This document shows, piece after piece, positions 30,785 to 45,155 of a stretch of 64,000 nt of DNA. This stretch comes from Octopus vulgaris (taxonomy: Eukaryota): positions 81,592,001 through 81,656,000 of the forward strand of contig OX597826.1 in the NCBI GenBank assembly GCA_951406725.2, written 5' to 3'. Below the pieces are notes generated by a model that saw nothing but the letters and a program-made list of their open reading frames with translations, was not told the DNA's origin and ran no database searches. The number at the start of each line of letters is the position of its first letter. Positions within the stretch are counted from its first letter, which is position 1. Made by a program: the position numbers and the translations under genes.

Positions 30785-31698
30785 TACGAAGGGGTACTCA
30801 AAAGAAGCCATAATTTTGCATCCTTATTTTATTTACCTAGTTTTACAAGTTTACACTTTTATCGCCTTTCAAAATATTCTCCATTTAAAGCAATGCATCG
30901 ATCCAGATGCATTTTCCATTGTTGGAAGCAGCCCTGGAACTCTTGCTCAGCGATGCCTTTTAATACCTCCATCGTTTTTTTTCTTCTTCACCTCTTCTAC
31001 ATCTACAAATTCCGTAGTACCAGCTTTCGTCACTGGTGATGAATTTCGGAAAAAGGTCCGAATCAACCTCCAGCCCTTCTTTCAGTTCACGACACGCACT
31101 CACCCGTGACTGCTTTTGATCTTCTGTGAGCAAGCGAGGCACAAAGTTTGCTGCAACTCTTTTCATTCACAATTCCTTGCTCAAAGTTCATTGGAAAAAG
31201 CTCCAGGACACACCTGTCATATCAAGTTCGTCAATTGTTTGGTAACGGTCCTCCAAGATCAGTTCATGAGTTTTCCTGATGTTTTCATTGGTTCGGGAGG
31301 TCGACGCTCGCTCTGAACCAGATTGGTCTTCAAGCGACGAGTGACCGTTTCTAAAGCATGAAAACCACTCGTAAACTTTTGTATTTTGCTCATGGCGGCG
31401 TCCTTGGAAACTGTTTGAAGAATGACAACTATTTCGGTTGGCGTTTTCCCCAGCAGAAAACAGAATTTCACGGAAACACGCTGTCCCTTCGTTTCAGACA
31501 GCAAAAAAATCAACTAACAGGGAAGAAGCACTGCAAAACAAAGATGCATCACGTGGCAGTAAGACCACAGTAGAGAACGCGGGTCGGCAGGCTGATGCCT
31601 GAGGATTGCATCAAGTGGCTTCTAACGGCAGAAGCTTGAACTACAACGGGGTTATTACACAGAAAACGTTTCCGGTTACTTTTGGGTACCCCCTCGTA
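30785..31698 (-). mobile_element. Internally deleted mariner transposon with both TIRs
   Basis: TIRs TACGAAGGGGTACTCAAAAG and CTTTTGGGTACCCCCTCGTA. Coding remnants QRVSVKFCFLLGK, FVPRLLTEDQK..ITSDESW and the C-terminal RCIALNGEYFE. Most of the catalytic core is missing. Confidence 0.9.
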
Positions 31699-32060
31699 TA
31701 TACACGCGCGCACTTACGCACATACATAATACACACACACAGACATATATATACATACAAATGCTTCTATACCAGCAAACTAGAAAGTATATACGCAAAC
31801 ATGTTACGTCGCGTTCTAAATTAGTTTCTACGTGAAACAATTTCGATGATGGAATTTTAGAAAAACAGGACATGAAACGGATATAAAGAGAAGATATTAG
31901 AGTAAAAGATGGGAACTGAAGAGAATGAAAGAGAGCAGAATATTAAGTTGAAACTGGCTTTTGATGCGTTTCAGAAAAAGAAAACGAGAACCCACCGAAG
32001 GATTGGATGTTGATGTCTTACGCCTACTTACGTAAATACATCACACGGATACATGGCAAA

Positions 32061-32161
32061 ACACCGATCGTTTCCACCCAACCAGTATCGACCCCACGCG
32101 GTGAGATACTGTACGACTGGCTGTGGCGCATCCCTCGGTGCAAAGGCGTCTCGTCAGGTGA
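32061..32161 (-). ncRNA. Degenerate hammerhead-like motif
   Basis: UCAC-CUGACGA-(structured GC-rich insert)-GAAA-CGAUCG-GUGU. Canonical core and palindromic stem III, but the cleavage triplet appears lost. Confidence 0.3.
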
Positions 32162-32265
32162 TTTTACAAGGGTATCTCGTTAAATAAACCCTCGGCATTA
32201 ATGGCGCATGTTGTTAGTGACTGAAGGTGTAAGCCGTTGGGTAGGAATGGCGGGCGACGAATTCC

Positions 32266-32359
<94 letters not shown>

Positions 32360-32600
32360 GAGTTTTACTGGAGATACTAATAACAGAACAATTGTAATGA
32401 GAAAGTATATTTAATGCTCAGGTTTGGTGGGTGAAACATAGTCGGAGGAGCAATTAAAGAAAGAAAGCGGTAGGCTGGATGGGTTTCAATGTAACAGATT
32501 TGAACTTCAGGAGCAGCTGTTACTGTTTTACCTCTGCCCCACCTTGACTGAGTAGGCCTATGATCAAAGGGCTAACCGTGACCATCCTGTACTTTTCTAG

Positions 32601-32750
32601 AATCAAGAAAGCCCAGAAACATTTTGCTCAACAACCTTATTTTGTTCAAATCGGAAACCACACATCAAGTTAACGAAAATTCTCAACCGAATTCCAGTGC
32701 CCCCGCTGCACGCCACGGCGCTTCATTTCACGATGCAGCCTCGATATGCG
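32601..32750 (+). other. Candidate isolated exon (antisense to the CUB gene)
   Basis: tcctgtacttttctag| 150 bp |gtaaga. Two frames are open. No recognisable homology. Confidence 0.25.
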
Positions 32751-35700
32751 GTAAGATGTTGGGAGATACGTTGAGTGGTTATGGACACATTGCTAAGTCT
32801 GGGGTCAACAGGACGGCTCCCTATGTGGCTGTATGACGTAATAGAGTTAACAACAAAATCTCAAATTAAATTCCACCCTACCATCTTAATAAAGAACATG
32901 TTAGATAACGTGGCCCCAACTTCCTAACGACAAAACAAATAAAATTTAAAAAAAAAATCAGGACGGAATGCTTTTATCACACGTCTGTTCGATTAGCGTT
33001 GAACTTGGGCTAAACAACAACGGCAACAACAACATTTTTATTTAAAATGATTCCAATTCCCAAACGCTTATCTTGTATTCTATCGACTCAGCTATTCTCG
33101 TTCGGAAATATCACACAAACGCACTCCTCCTTTAATCTCCTTTAGCTTCCCCCCTTTTTTACTAGTCTCTATTGTTATTTTCTCATTATATTTCATACTA
33201 ATTACTTTCTATTTAGTTATCTTCATTCCATTACAAATTTTTAACTCATGACTTGTTTTCTTCTTTGTTGGCAAAATATTTATTTAAATGGCTACTTAAA
33301 TTATCCAGCTGGTTGGAGTTTGGAACTCACAAAGTAGAAACAAAATTATGAAATCACTTTTCCAGAAACTTTACAAAAGACATAGTAATACATTCCAATA
33401 CGCGTGAAATATAAAATATGAATTTCTAAATATAATATCGAAACTCTATTAATAAACACAATAAACGCATTTTTTACTCTTCAAAAAAGATCCCTGCTCT
33501 CAACTGTCAGACTTCCACCACTCTTTCATAATACGTTATTATTATTCATTTTATGAATAATAATAGATTGCCATCAAGGATCTTGGCTGGTTCTGGTTGG
33601 CATATGACTCATAGGGCAGGCAAGCAAAATTGTGGCCGAGAAAGCCACCCACCATATTCTCCATTTCAACTGGAGGGGACATTACTTGACGAATAGACTA
33701 TGTGGGCTACAATTTTCAGTCAGGGATATTTTTTAAGGATGTAGGCGTGGACGAGAGGTTGACATTTAATTTACAATGAACCCCATTGTAGGGATACCTT
33801 AAGCAAGAGAATATTTTTCTTACCCTAGCCTCAGATCAACCCGAGCCTTATGATTGAAAGTGGACTAGTGGAAACTGTGCAGAAAACTGTTGCTTACACT
33901 GTCCCTGACTGTGCAAAGGTCCAGCCTTGTTGCCCTGTATCATTGTTGATTCTACTGGATGATTACGAGCATGGAACCTAACTCACGCTTTCGAGGGTTG
34001 GGCTGTGTAGTGATTCAATCAAGTGAAGCGCTTATACGTTGTTTTCGACGGTGGGAGCGGGGACCATTCTAATTATTCTAAACATTTTTAAATGAGGGAA
34101 ACAGGAACACTTCTATGCTTGACCTTTTAGCAATAGCGTTTCTTCCAATGAAATGCTATTGTTTCCTTAAAAAAGGAACACGCATGGTCCTACACACTGT
34201 CAATAGAACGAAATGATGGGACAAATACCTTGAAATGGATGTCTGACTTTGGTGTAAAGGGTTTCAGCACAACGGAGTAAAGGGTCTCGGTTGTTTGGGT
34301 TTTATTGATGACAAATATCAACAGGGTATATATTGAGAACAGAATGAGACAATCATCTTTGCAGAGAGCAATCAATGCGGAGTGCATAGAAAAGGTGGAA
34401 AACTTGCTCAATCTTTCAATTTGATCAAAGCAGGTAGGGACAACAACTCTGTCTCTCTTTTTCATGTAGATATACGTTGAGTGTTCGATTAGATCACGAC
34501 TGAGCAATATTGATTTTAGTATTTTATAATAGTAGCAATAGTGGTGGTGGTGGTGGCAGTAGTAGTAGTAGTAGTAGGAATTACTCTTGTTTTTATTATT
34601 CCGTCTCAGTTCATTTCACATCAAGCAATGCTATGATCGAAGGAATGGCCCTGAAAACATTTCCCAAGCACAAGGAACCCCCAAAATATTACCCAACGCA
34701 TTGACAGAATGTGATATGAGAGCGATTTGGTTACTATTTCTAACCTCTAAATTGACCATGTTGAGGTTCCTTCGTTGTCATGACGCCGCTTGGGTTGAGT
34801 CAATGGAAACAAACGTTAGTCATGATTAAATTGTCTTGTTTTCAGTATTTTTGTATCGCTGCGTAGAAGTGTGTATATACGTGTATATACGCAGTTGTAT
34901 GTGCATACATGGGTGTGTGTGTATGCGAATGAAGTTGATTGTGTTTGTATAGTTTTGTTATTCCGTTTTGAAGTGTCTGTCAAAGAAATTGGAGAGCTAC
35001 GCAGAGAGATGGAAGATTTTTTTTTGTTAATGTTAGCAGAGCAACAAACATAACAAACTTTATATTCGGCGGAAAAAAGAAATGAAACGAGTTGAGGTTT
35101 GATTGGAGAAAAGCTACAAAACTAATAACTGGGTGTAGGCAACCACTTAAAAACTTGTTTGTAAATAGAAAGTTGATTGATTAAATGCACGAATCGCAAC
35201 GAAGCAAGACATGAAGTGTTACATTGTAAGGATTCAAAACAGCAGAGAGATATTTGCTAATATTTGGTAAAATAAAGATCTTCGCTGACATTTGCTATTT
35301 AATAAGGTATTTGCTGTATTAAGGCAATGTTAAGAAGGAGAAAATGGTAAAAAAAAAAAATCTAGTTTCAACTCAGCTGCCGGACAAATGTGAAAACAAT
35401 AAAAAAGAAAACTCGTACGAAATCCGCCAAAAGAAGAAAACAATTGTTTTAATGAGAAAATTTCCTTTTTAGGGTAGGTTACGTTTTACTTTCACTTTCT
35501 TGTTGTTTCTAAGAATGGATTTCATTCGAGGGAACCATTGACACATTATGGCATGAAGCTAAATCATAAAAGGATAAAAAAACAAAACGTTTCTTCTGTC
35601 AATTCCTATTTGCTTTTACTCTTAAGCGGCCATAGATTCTGGATTTTTCCATATTTGTAGAACATAACCAAGTAAATTGGTAAAATACACTTCAAGCGGA

Positions 35701-36208
35701 AGGTTATATGGTAAAGGCAAAATGTTGAATTAATTGAATAGAAAAGTCAAAAGAATTACACTGACATTATGTAGGCAAGAATGGAAACAACCATAAAAGA
35801 CTTCTTTCAATGGAGGATATTATTTAATAACAACAACTCGCTTCCTCTTTCCCTCCGATCGATCCTGCTGGCTCGGTTCTTACAGCTTACAAATAACATG
35901 CTTAGACTTTTAATTATTTCTTCCTATCTATGAACACGCTTGTCAGATTTGAAGTGAGACAACTAGTTAACGCACGCATGCGTGCACAACGGAAAATGTA
36001 TGCTCAGACGTAATTGCGTTTATTTACTGCGCTTTCTTTCTTTCTTTCTTCCCGTCTCTCTCAACTATATGTGTGTGTGTGTGTGCGTGAATATGTGTTT
36101 GTATGTGTGTGTGTAGATATAAATATAAACGTAACTAGGCTGGTTGATTGATTTCTCTAGTCATGGTCTAAATTGTATGGAATGAGGAGGGGGGAGAGAG
36201 TGAGTAAA

Positions 36209-36239
<31 letters not shown>

Positions 36240-36331
36240 AAGACAGCACTAATAGAAGTGATTGTCAGGAGGCTACACACACACACACACACATACACAC
36301 ACACACACACACACATACACACACACACACA

Positions 36332-36702
36332 CATCATCATCATCATTGTTCGACGGTAGTCGAGACAATGGAATTTACTATGTTACGCCAGACTTCACGG
36401 TCCATCATAGCATTACGGAGGTCCTGTTGCTGGATGCCTGTATCCCTGGAAATTACATCAGGGTAGGAGAGTGTGCGCCCTCTGGTATCGCGAGTAGATG
36501 GCCTCCAGAGGAGAGGAGTAGAAATTACCTCGTTTTCAGCTCTACAACAATGTCCAGCAAACTGGACTCTTCTACCTTTCACAAGAGATGACACAGGTGG
36601 TAGTTTCCCATATATTTGTACTTTGGTTGGATGACGCTTCCACGAGAGATTTTGAGCTCTCATAAGGAGGCGAGTGTAAGTTCCATCCAACCGCCTCTCA
36701 AT
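36332..36702 (-). mobile_element. RTE-clade LINE 3' fragment with (GAT)n tail
   Basis: LDGTYTRLLMRAQNLSWK..RRVQFAGHCCR..AMMDREVWR*, followed by (TGA)n. Confidence 0.88.
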
Positions 36703-36989
36703 ATGCATGTAAGCGTGTATCTTAGCATTTATGATAAAGGTCCATGATTTTAAACACAGAATAAGGGTTTCCTGGTTGAGAATTCAGCGCGGATCTGTTA
36801 CAATATTTTCCTCTAGGAAGCTAATCGTTAAAATCAAAACGATATCGAAGTTATGCTTTCCCACTTAAGCAAAAATGACTCGCATGAAATTTAGCGAAAG
36901 CTTAATTGCAAAAAAATAGCAGTATTGTGCGTGAGGATGGGGAATAGGAGCTGCGAGATGCTGCTGTTTTCAGGAGGTCAAATGCATGC

Positions 36990-38300
36990 TGCCATAAGAT
37001 GAATGGAAACAGAACTAAGAAGACAATAAATGGATAAGACAATTAATGAAACAGAGATTCAATGAGAGACGTAGAGGAGGTTTATGAATGGGAAGAACTG
37101 AGGTCAGAAATATGTTAGGTACCAGCAGAGAAGATCTGATGGGATATTTACGAGATTGGGAGGACATATTCAAGTGGGTGCAGTATCGGCTTCATGCAGT
37201 GTCGACATGGGTGCAGTTTCATGTGAGTCTAAGAGTGGTGCAACGCTTGATTGCGTGTACACGAGAGTGCATATTCAAGTGCACCTGAATATGGTGCAGC
37301 CGTCAACGTCGATTCGAAGTCGCTCATTCAGGGTGGTAGCCTCGGAAGATTTCCGGGAATGTGTATGCATTGTGTGACAGGTGACTTAAAAGTAAGTGCG
37401 GAGACCAAGTGTGCTTGGTGCTGTGGTCGTCGGGTGTAATTTTCTATGGGTAAAGCAAATACGACAACCTAGAAAACGCATAGTGGATGCGCCGAGCCGA
37501 GTGAATTCGAACTCGAAACACTGTGACCAGAGTGAGCTCATATTCAGAAAAGAAGGGAAAATGTTTGAGAGTAAAGATGCAGAAATCATATTCTGTGTTC
37601 CTTATTGGCAATGCCAGGAAAATACAGCAGACAGTGTTAAGACATCTGGTCAAGTGAAATTGGAAAGCGACAATAGCAGCAGAAATGTAAAACAGTGCAA
37701 TGCAAACTGTTGTTAAATGCATCATCCGACAGACACAATGTTGGGAATTAGAGTTTAAGATTGATAGGATTCCCCCACCCCCCAGGCACAAACGCTGCGA
37801 TGCATGTGTGCAATTAAGTGTATGCATGGCTGTATGCTGGAGCATCGTATTCGCCAAAGAAAAAAAAATCCCCGTATATTTGAAATAGAGCAGCAGAGTT
37901 AGTTTACGGTAGAGTTGGGTAAATCACCAATGAAAGCAATGCAAAGTAGTTCGTTTCAGTTGGAGGAGTCGGGTGTGGCCTGATGTAGCTGGGGTGCGTT
38001 GTTCAGCTCGGTCCGAGTCAGCAAATGTGATTGGTATGTCGGAGGTCGGAGTGTGGAGTGATATGCAACATGTAGGAAGCATCGGGGTTACTAATTGTAG
38101 CATGCTGGAAGTGCTCGGTTTACCAGTTGTAACTGATTCCATGCGTAACAGTTACCATGTAATATACATAGAGGTCGCCAAGTGTAACAGCAGAATTGTA
38201 ATTGGTTTGGAGTTTGGGTCAGGCTGCGTGTAACGATTTGAGAAGACTACGTTTGAATTAAGGCTACGTGTTGCACAGTTGGTGTGTTCAGTATTCTTTT
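36990..38300 (-). mobile_element. Very old LINE relic (probably CR1-like)
   Basis: GC-richer stretch with broken frames and faint LINE C-terminal resemblance. No intact motif. Confidence 0.3.
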
Positions 38301-38548
38301 GAATAATTAATACGAGAAATGGTTCATAATTGTCATAGATTTGTGTTCAACCGTTATAAAGTTTCACAACTGCGACGAGAATGCAAGTTAGACATATATA
38401 AATGGAGAAGCTCCCGCTGTAGATGCGGAGGTTTACTACTCGCAGTGTGGAAGGAATTGTATAAAGCTCGAGCAAGGTTTGCCATTGAGGACAAGTTAAT
38501 TGTTTGTTAGTGGCGGGGAATATAGGAAGTTAACTCTACGAAAGTTGC

Positions 38549-38554
<6 letters not shown>

Positions 38555-38621
<67 letters not shown>

Positions 38622-39554
38622 GTGAGTGAGTGAGTGAGTGAGTGAGTGAGTGAGTGAGTGAGTGAGTGAGTGAGTGAGTGAGTGAGTGAGTGAGTGAGTG
38701 AGTGAGTGAGTGAGTGAGTGAGTGAGTGAGTGAGTGAGTGAGTGAGTGAGTGAGTGAGTGAGTGAGTGAGTGAGTGAGTGAGTGAGTGAGTGAGTGAGTG
38801 AGTGAGTGAGTGAGTGGTGGTGGTGAGTGAGTGGTGGTGGTGGTGAGTGAGTGGTGGTGGTGGTGGTGGTGGTGGTGAGTGGTGGTGAGTGGTGGTGAGT
38901 GGTGGTGGTGGTGGTGGTGGTGGTGGTGGTGGTGAGTGGTGGTGAGTGAGTGAGTGAGTGAGTGGTGAGTGGTGAGTGAGTGGTGAGTGGTGAGTGAGTG
39001 ATGAGTGAGTGAGTGAGTGAGTGAGTGAGTGAGTGGTGAGTGATGAGTGAGTGAGTGAGTGAGTGGTGAGTGGTGAGTGAGTGAGTGAGTGAGTGAGTGA
39101 GTGAGTGAGTGTGTGAGTGAGTGAGTGAGTGAGTGAGTGAGTGAGTGAGTGAGTGAGTGAGTGAGTGAGTGAGTGAGTGAGTGAGTGAGTGAGTGAGTGA
39201 GTGAGTGAGTGAGTGAGTGAGTGAGTGAGTGAGTGAGTGAGTGAGTGAGTGAGTGAGTGAGTGAGTGAGTGAGTGAGTGAGTGAGTGAGTGAGTGAGTGA
39301 GTGAGTGAGTGAGTGAGTGAGTGAGTGAGTGAGTGAGTGAGTGAGTGAGTGAGTGAGTGAGTGAGTGAGTGAGTGAGTGAGTGAGTGAGTGAGTGAGTGA
39401 GTGAGTGAGAGAGTGAGTGAGTGAGTGAGTGAGTGAGTGAGTGAGTGAGTGAGTGAGTGAGTGAGTGAGTGAGTGAGTGAGTGAGTGAGTGAGTGAGTGA
39501 GTGAGAGAGTGAGTGAGTGAGTGAGTGAGTGAGTGAGTGAGTGAGTGAGTGAGT

Positions 39555-39600
<46 letters not shown>
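38555..39600. repeat. Compound (GA)n-(GAGT)n-(GGT)n-(GAGT)n-(GA)n microsatellite
   Basis: Directly visible. Confidence 0.95.
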
Positions 39601-39602
<2 letters not shown>

Positions 39603-40380
39603 TCGGTAAGGAAAGAGGTGTCTCGAATTTATACCTGGATCAAATGTTGAATGAAGTAACAATGAATCGGATGAATTATCCGAACTGAGCTCTTTATCTC
39701 CTGAGATTGTGGCGAATTTAACTGGTGACACTATTACAGTGTGAGTGTAGATTGCGAGAACAATGGAAACTAACATGCAGATCAAGGTTTCGATTCTTGG
39801 TTGCGAATTCAGTGTGTATCTACCGCATACATATCTGGAGCTGTACCTACTCGCGCGTGCAGCCCGCTATATATACACACACACACACTTGTTGAGGAGA
39901 AATTAAACAGTTTAGATTTTTAAAATAAAATAAAACGTTAAATTAATTTTGACATTTTACACGCAGGAACTAAGTTACGATGAATAGACTCAGACCTGTT
40001 TATGGGAATCGAACCATGCAAATGCAGTAATCCAGACGAATATACTGCTATGCCTCCAGAACATTCCGTCCATTCTGATTACTGCGCATTAAGTGTTCGT
40101 AGCCAAGGTGGTTTGCGTTTATTTTTACCCGTTTCGTCTCTCAAATGAGAATCCTTGATATTTGGTGGCTATTTCAAACTAGGCTGGAAGAAAAGCATTT
40201 CAATTCTTTGTTTTTCATTATTGATTAAGTATTCAACAGGAGGCGCACGGTGCAATGGTTAGCGTGGTCCAGATTATCACACATGCATTGTTCGACGACC
40301 GCAAAGGATACTATGCAAATGTTTTCGATCACGAGTTCGTATTTGTAAAATATCTAATGTTTATTTCATGCATACGTATA

Positions 40381-40432
<52 letters not shown>

Positions 40433-40470
40433 GAAAGTCATATAGAGATACAAGGAAATATAGAAGAGTG

Positions 40471-40533
<63 letters not shown>

Positions 40534-41754
40534 AATGATAACACGAAGCCCAAAGTAAGATATATAGAAACAAGTGAAGTAAAGTGAGAACATCCAGTAA
40601 GATTTGTAAGTTTGCTGTGTCTAAATGACTAAATATCTCATAAGCGTTGTATGCATGATTTGATATACGGATATGTGAACAATTTCCAAATGAGGCGAGC
40701 AGACGATAGATGGAAACAGAAGAAAGAGAACTGAAAAGATTGTGCGATAAATAATGCGCTGCTGTTAAGTTTTTAGAACTGGTAAGTATGAGTTAGTGAG
40801 GTGGAAGAGCGGATGAGAGAAGCAGAATTGAGAAAGGAGGAAATAAAAAGACAAGAGTTTAAACTGAACATAAGATGGAGTTTAGAACCGAAGAATGTAG
40901 CGAAAAAACCAAAAATTGAGGAGTCTTTGTATAATGGAAGGAGAGACGTATGTGGTACGGGAGTAGGACAATCAGTTATAGAGAAAAGAAATATATATAT
41001 ACGTATATACATAGACACACACACCTATAAATAGATATCTAGCCACATGTGTGTACATAATGTAATCAAAGCATGGGTGAATAATCAAAAAAGTTCGTTT
41101 AGAATTTATGAGGTTCAGTTTCGATTCGGTCATGTGACATCTTGAGTAATTGCCATTTTCTCTAGCTTCAATTTGAACCGTACATTGTGAGAGAAACTGG
41201 GGGAGACGGAAACTGTAGAGAAGCCAGAAAGGTGGATTGTATTTCATACAAGTAAAATCTCGTTACAGATGGTGTTTTGCTTATTCTGGTTGAAACTTAC
41301 TTTAAGGGCGAATGTATTTTCTGGAGCAAGCCACCAATTAATCGTTAGTTCTGAAACTAGTCTTTCAGTTTGTTGATAAACTGGACAAAGATGGTGGTGC
41401 GACGGAGATCAATCAATCATGCATGCATGCATGCATGCATGCATACATGCATACATACATACATACATACATACATACATACACACATAAAATATACATA
41501 CGTACACACATACATACATACATACATACAACAAACATACATACACACATAAAACATACATACAAACATACATACATACATACATACATTGCATATATGT
41601 GTGTGTGTGTGGAAAAATATGTAAAGTATTACACGTTGGATCAAATCTGAAAGCATGTGGAAGTTAAAAAACCTGCATAACCACACAGCCACATATCCAT
41701 TATGTTCGCTGGTTTATTTTGTAAACACACGTTTGTAGGTATTTATGGATTAGA

Positions 41755-42157
41755 AGGTGGTGAGCTGGCAGAATCGTTAGCACGCCGGGCGAAATGCTTA
41801 GCGGTATTTCGTCTGCTGTTACGTTCTGAGGTTCAAATTCCGCCGAGGTCGACTTTGCCTTTCATCCTTTCGGGGTCGATAAATTAAGTACCAGTTACGC
41901 ACTGGGGTCGATATAATCGACTTAATCCCTTTGTCTGTCCTTGTTTATCCCCTCTGTGTTTAGCCCCTTGTGGGTAATAAAGAAATATGTATTTCGTCTG
42001 TTTTTATGTCCTGAGTTCAAATTCTGCCGAGGTCCACTTTGCCTTTCATCCTTTCGGGCGTTGATAAATTAAGTGCCAGTTACGTACTTGGGTCGATCTA
42101 ATCGACTGGCCCCTATTCCCCAAACTTTTAGGGCCTGGTGCCTAGAGTAGGAAAGAA
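41755..42157 (+). mobile_element. SINE family 2 (Meta/MESC-like core), full copy plus tandem 5'-truncated copy
   Basis: gagctggcagaatcgttagcacgccgggcgaaatgcttagcggtatttcgtc..gactttgcctttcatcctttcggggtcgataaattaagtacc. A second core starts at about 41990 with a different tail. Confidence 0.88.
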
Positions 42158-42605
42158 TATTGCCCCCCAAACATGAAAAATATTTATTAAACGAAATAGC
42201 AGCTAAGCATGTAACAGTTATGAAAATCAGCCAATCCGATTTAATGAAGTCCTTAAAAATAAAGCGAATTAGATTCATCTGATCCTTCTTTTCCTGTCCA
42301 CTGTGTTTATTTAAACTCCCTTTACGCACCCAGAGCCCGTTGAAATACATAGGAAAAAAAAAAGAAAGAACCGCTAAGGCGCCTATAATATATCTGTATG
42401 CTTGTGTGTGTGTGTATGGGTGTGTATGCTGGTATACACACACACATACATCTATATATGAACATGTATTTGTAAGTATTTATGTATATATATATGTATG
42501 CATCTCTCTCTTCACGCACACACACAGACACACACACAGATATATACATAATATATATATATATAAATATATATATATAAATATATATATAAATATATAT
42601 ATAAA

Positions 42606-42641
<36 letters not shown>

Positions 42642-42891
42642 TGTGTGTGTGTGTGTATGTATGTATAAGCATGTATCTTATATATGAATGCGTATATGTG
42701 CGCGAGTGAACGCATGTGTTAGACACCTGCAAAGAGATCCGTAATTACAGTTGTAGGTGAGAGCTCGATGAAGCCTCTCCAGGGAAGATGCGGAAGAGAG
42801 GAAAACAAATGGAAAACAAATGATGGGGAGAGAGAGAGAGGAATTTCCTCTGCAGCTACACACGAACACGAATTTACGTCTGTGTGTATGC

Positions 42892-42925
<34 letters not shown>

Positions 42926-43173
42926 GCATGCATGTATGTGATTATACACCCCACACACAGGCATAAATGCAAGACATACGTTCATATTTATTCTCTCTCT
43001 CTCTCTCTTTCCGTCTCACACACAAAAGCAGACTGGGCCACGTGTTTCGGTATAGTTCTGCACACTCTCTCCTCCTCCTCCTCCTTCGTACAAATATAAA
43101 CATGATGATAGCCTTCGGCTCTTCATCGAACATTATCATTGATGAGAATTGGTTTCCCTTTCGTAATGGCTAC

Positions 43174-43228
<55 letters not shown>

Positions 43229-43397
43229 ACGGCCCCTGCATATTGCCTTGAGCTTCTTCTCCCTCACCAATTCGCTAACTACTCATTCCACAACAACTGA
43301 CTTCCACAAAACAAAAACAAATTCATTAAAGTTTCTACAATATTCTTCCATCTTCTAGTTTTTCTTTTCTTTTCCTGTTTGTCTGTCACAATATTTA

Positions 43398-43546
43398 TAA
43401 TAACAACAACAACAACAATAATAATGATAATCATAATAATGATAATAATAATAATAACAATAATAATAATAATAGCAACAATAATAATAATAATAATAAT
43501 AGCAACAACAACAATAATAATAATAATAGCAACAACAATAATAATA

Positions 43547-43579
<33 letters not shown>

Positions 43580-43664
43580 ATAACAATAATAATAACAATA
43601 ATAACAGTAAAAATAATAATAATAATGATAATAATAACAATAATAATAACAACAATAATAAACA
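43398..43664. repeat. (AAT/AAC)n trinucleotide microsatellite
   Basis: Directly visible. Confidence 0.95.
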
Positions 43665-43761
43665 ACTCGACGACATATCAAGGTAAAACATTACCTACTA
43701 GAATAAAAGTGGGAAACATTGTTTCACACGTTATGCATACACACACACACACACACAGATG

Positions 43762-43796
<35 letters not shown>

Positions 43797-44802
43797 CAAC
43801 AAAGTTTAGTTATGATTGTCTGCCAAACGTGGTGGTCATCAGAAATTGAATTAAAATTTATTGCAACAAGTAATTTCTTATGGCTTAGGAATATTTCGAT
43901 GTGAATTACTTCCCTTGCGCTGGCTAAACCAGAGAAGGAGAAACTTTTACTGAAGATTTAAGTTTGTTGAAAGAACTCTAACGAGGAGGAAACGGTACGA
44001 ATACGATAAGTAATCCGTGTTTAGTAAGAAATAGTTTTGGCAATCAGAAAGGTTACTTAATGATCAGGGAGTTACATTTGATATTAGATATCATATGATT
44101 ATATTGTTAAAAGTTGGAATTCTTAGGGGGAAATATCTCGCACTATAAGAATAAGAATTTAAAATTTTGAGTGAATAAAATTGAGTTTTAGTCCGAGATT
44201 AACGGATATAATAAAGTAAAGATAATCTCGAGTTGGGAACTAAACAGTAAAGGTTTATGGTTGACCCTTATTGCTGGTGTGGGGATGAATTAGGGAGATG
44301 TAAGTAGGTGGGGGCTTGTTTTAAATATCAAGGATTTATTCACTAAACTGCTGGTAGACTTTTTAATTGTTGGTTTTCGAAGTGACAGCATTTATCGATG
44401 TCCTCTGATGTGACAAATCAGTCAACAGGTTGTTGAGGTTTATGCTCATACGCAAGATGAAGTAATCAAAAGCTTGCCAACCGTGACAACTCCAACTTTT
44501 TCAGATTACATTAGATAATTTCACATTCTATTTTCTCAAATGATAATAGACTGTAATTTGTAAGAGATTTGACTGCTATTTCATGTCCAAACCAGACACA
44601 GATCTCTTAGCTTCTTCATGTGTGTTGTTTTGAGGTGGGGCGGCGACTGTATAAGGGTTTCCTATGCTGTAGTCTGGTGTGGTTTGTTGCATTGAACAGC
44701 TATTTGCTATGTGCACTATGGTGTAGTATGATGAAGTTTGCAGTACCGTGCACCGAATTAGGCAACAGCATCCACCTGGCCATAAATGATACCAGAAGAT
44801 AT

Positions 44803-45025
44803 ATATTTCTTTACTGCCCACAAGGGGCTACACAGAGAGAGGACAAACAAGGACAGACAAAGGGATTCAGTCGATTACATCGACCCCAGTGCGTAACTGG
44901 TACTTAATTTATCGATCCCAAAAGGATGAAAGGCAAAGTCGACCTCGGCGGAATTTGAACTCAGAACGTAACGACAGACGAAATACCGCTAAGCATTTCG
45001 CCCGGCGTGCCAACGGTTCTGCCAG
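44803..45025 (-). mobile_element. SINE family 2 copy with possible TSD
   Basis: Reverse complement of the 41755 copy. ccagaagata occurs at both 44792-44801 and 45022-45031. Confidence 0.88.
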
Positions 45026-45155
45026 AAGATACAGAAAGAAAGGACAAAAGAAAATGTGACAATTTTAGTTCTCAATTATTTCTAGATTCTGATCAATGAT
45101 ATTGTGCATTGGAAGTCGATATCGAAAAAAAGAAGTTTGAGCTGTGAGCACTTGC

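Noticed and set aside
34950-35800. Further faint Penelope-like relics (also about 9400-9720 and 60420-60980), a Tc1-like relic at about 57900-58550 and an RTE-like relic at about 56520-57130
   Set aside because: Only isolated, broken motif resemblances that cannot be supported without a profile search.
38496-39785. 429-aa (SLTH)n ORF, and the similar CV/HT, poly-I and poly-L ORFs at 19.4 kb and 43.3 kb
   Set aside because: Stop-free simple repeats.
43946-43985. CTGAAGA...GAAAGAACTCTA (similar hit at about 48815)
   Set aside because: Stems I and II do not pair, so the match is compatible with chance.
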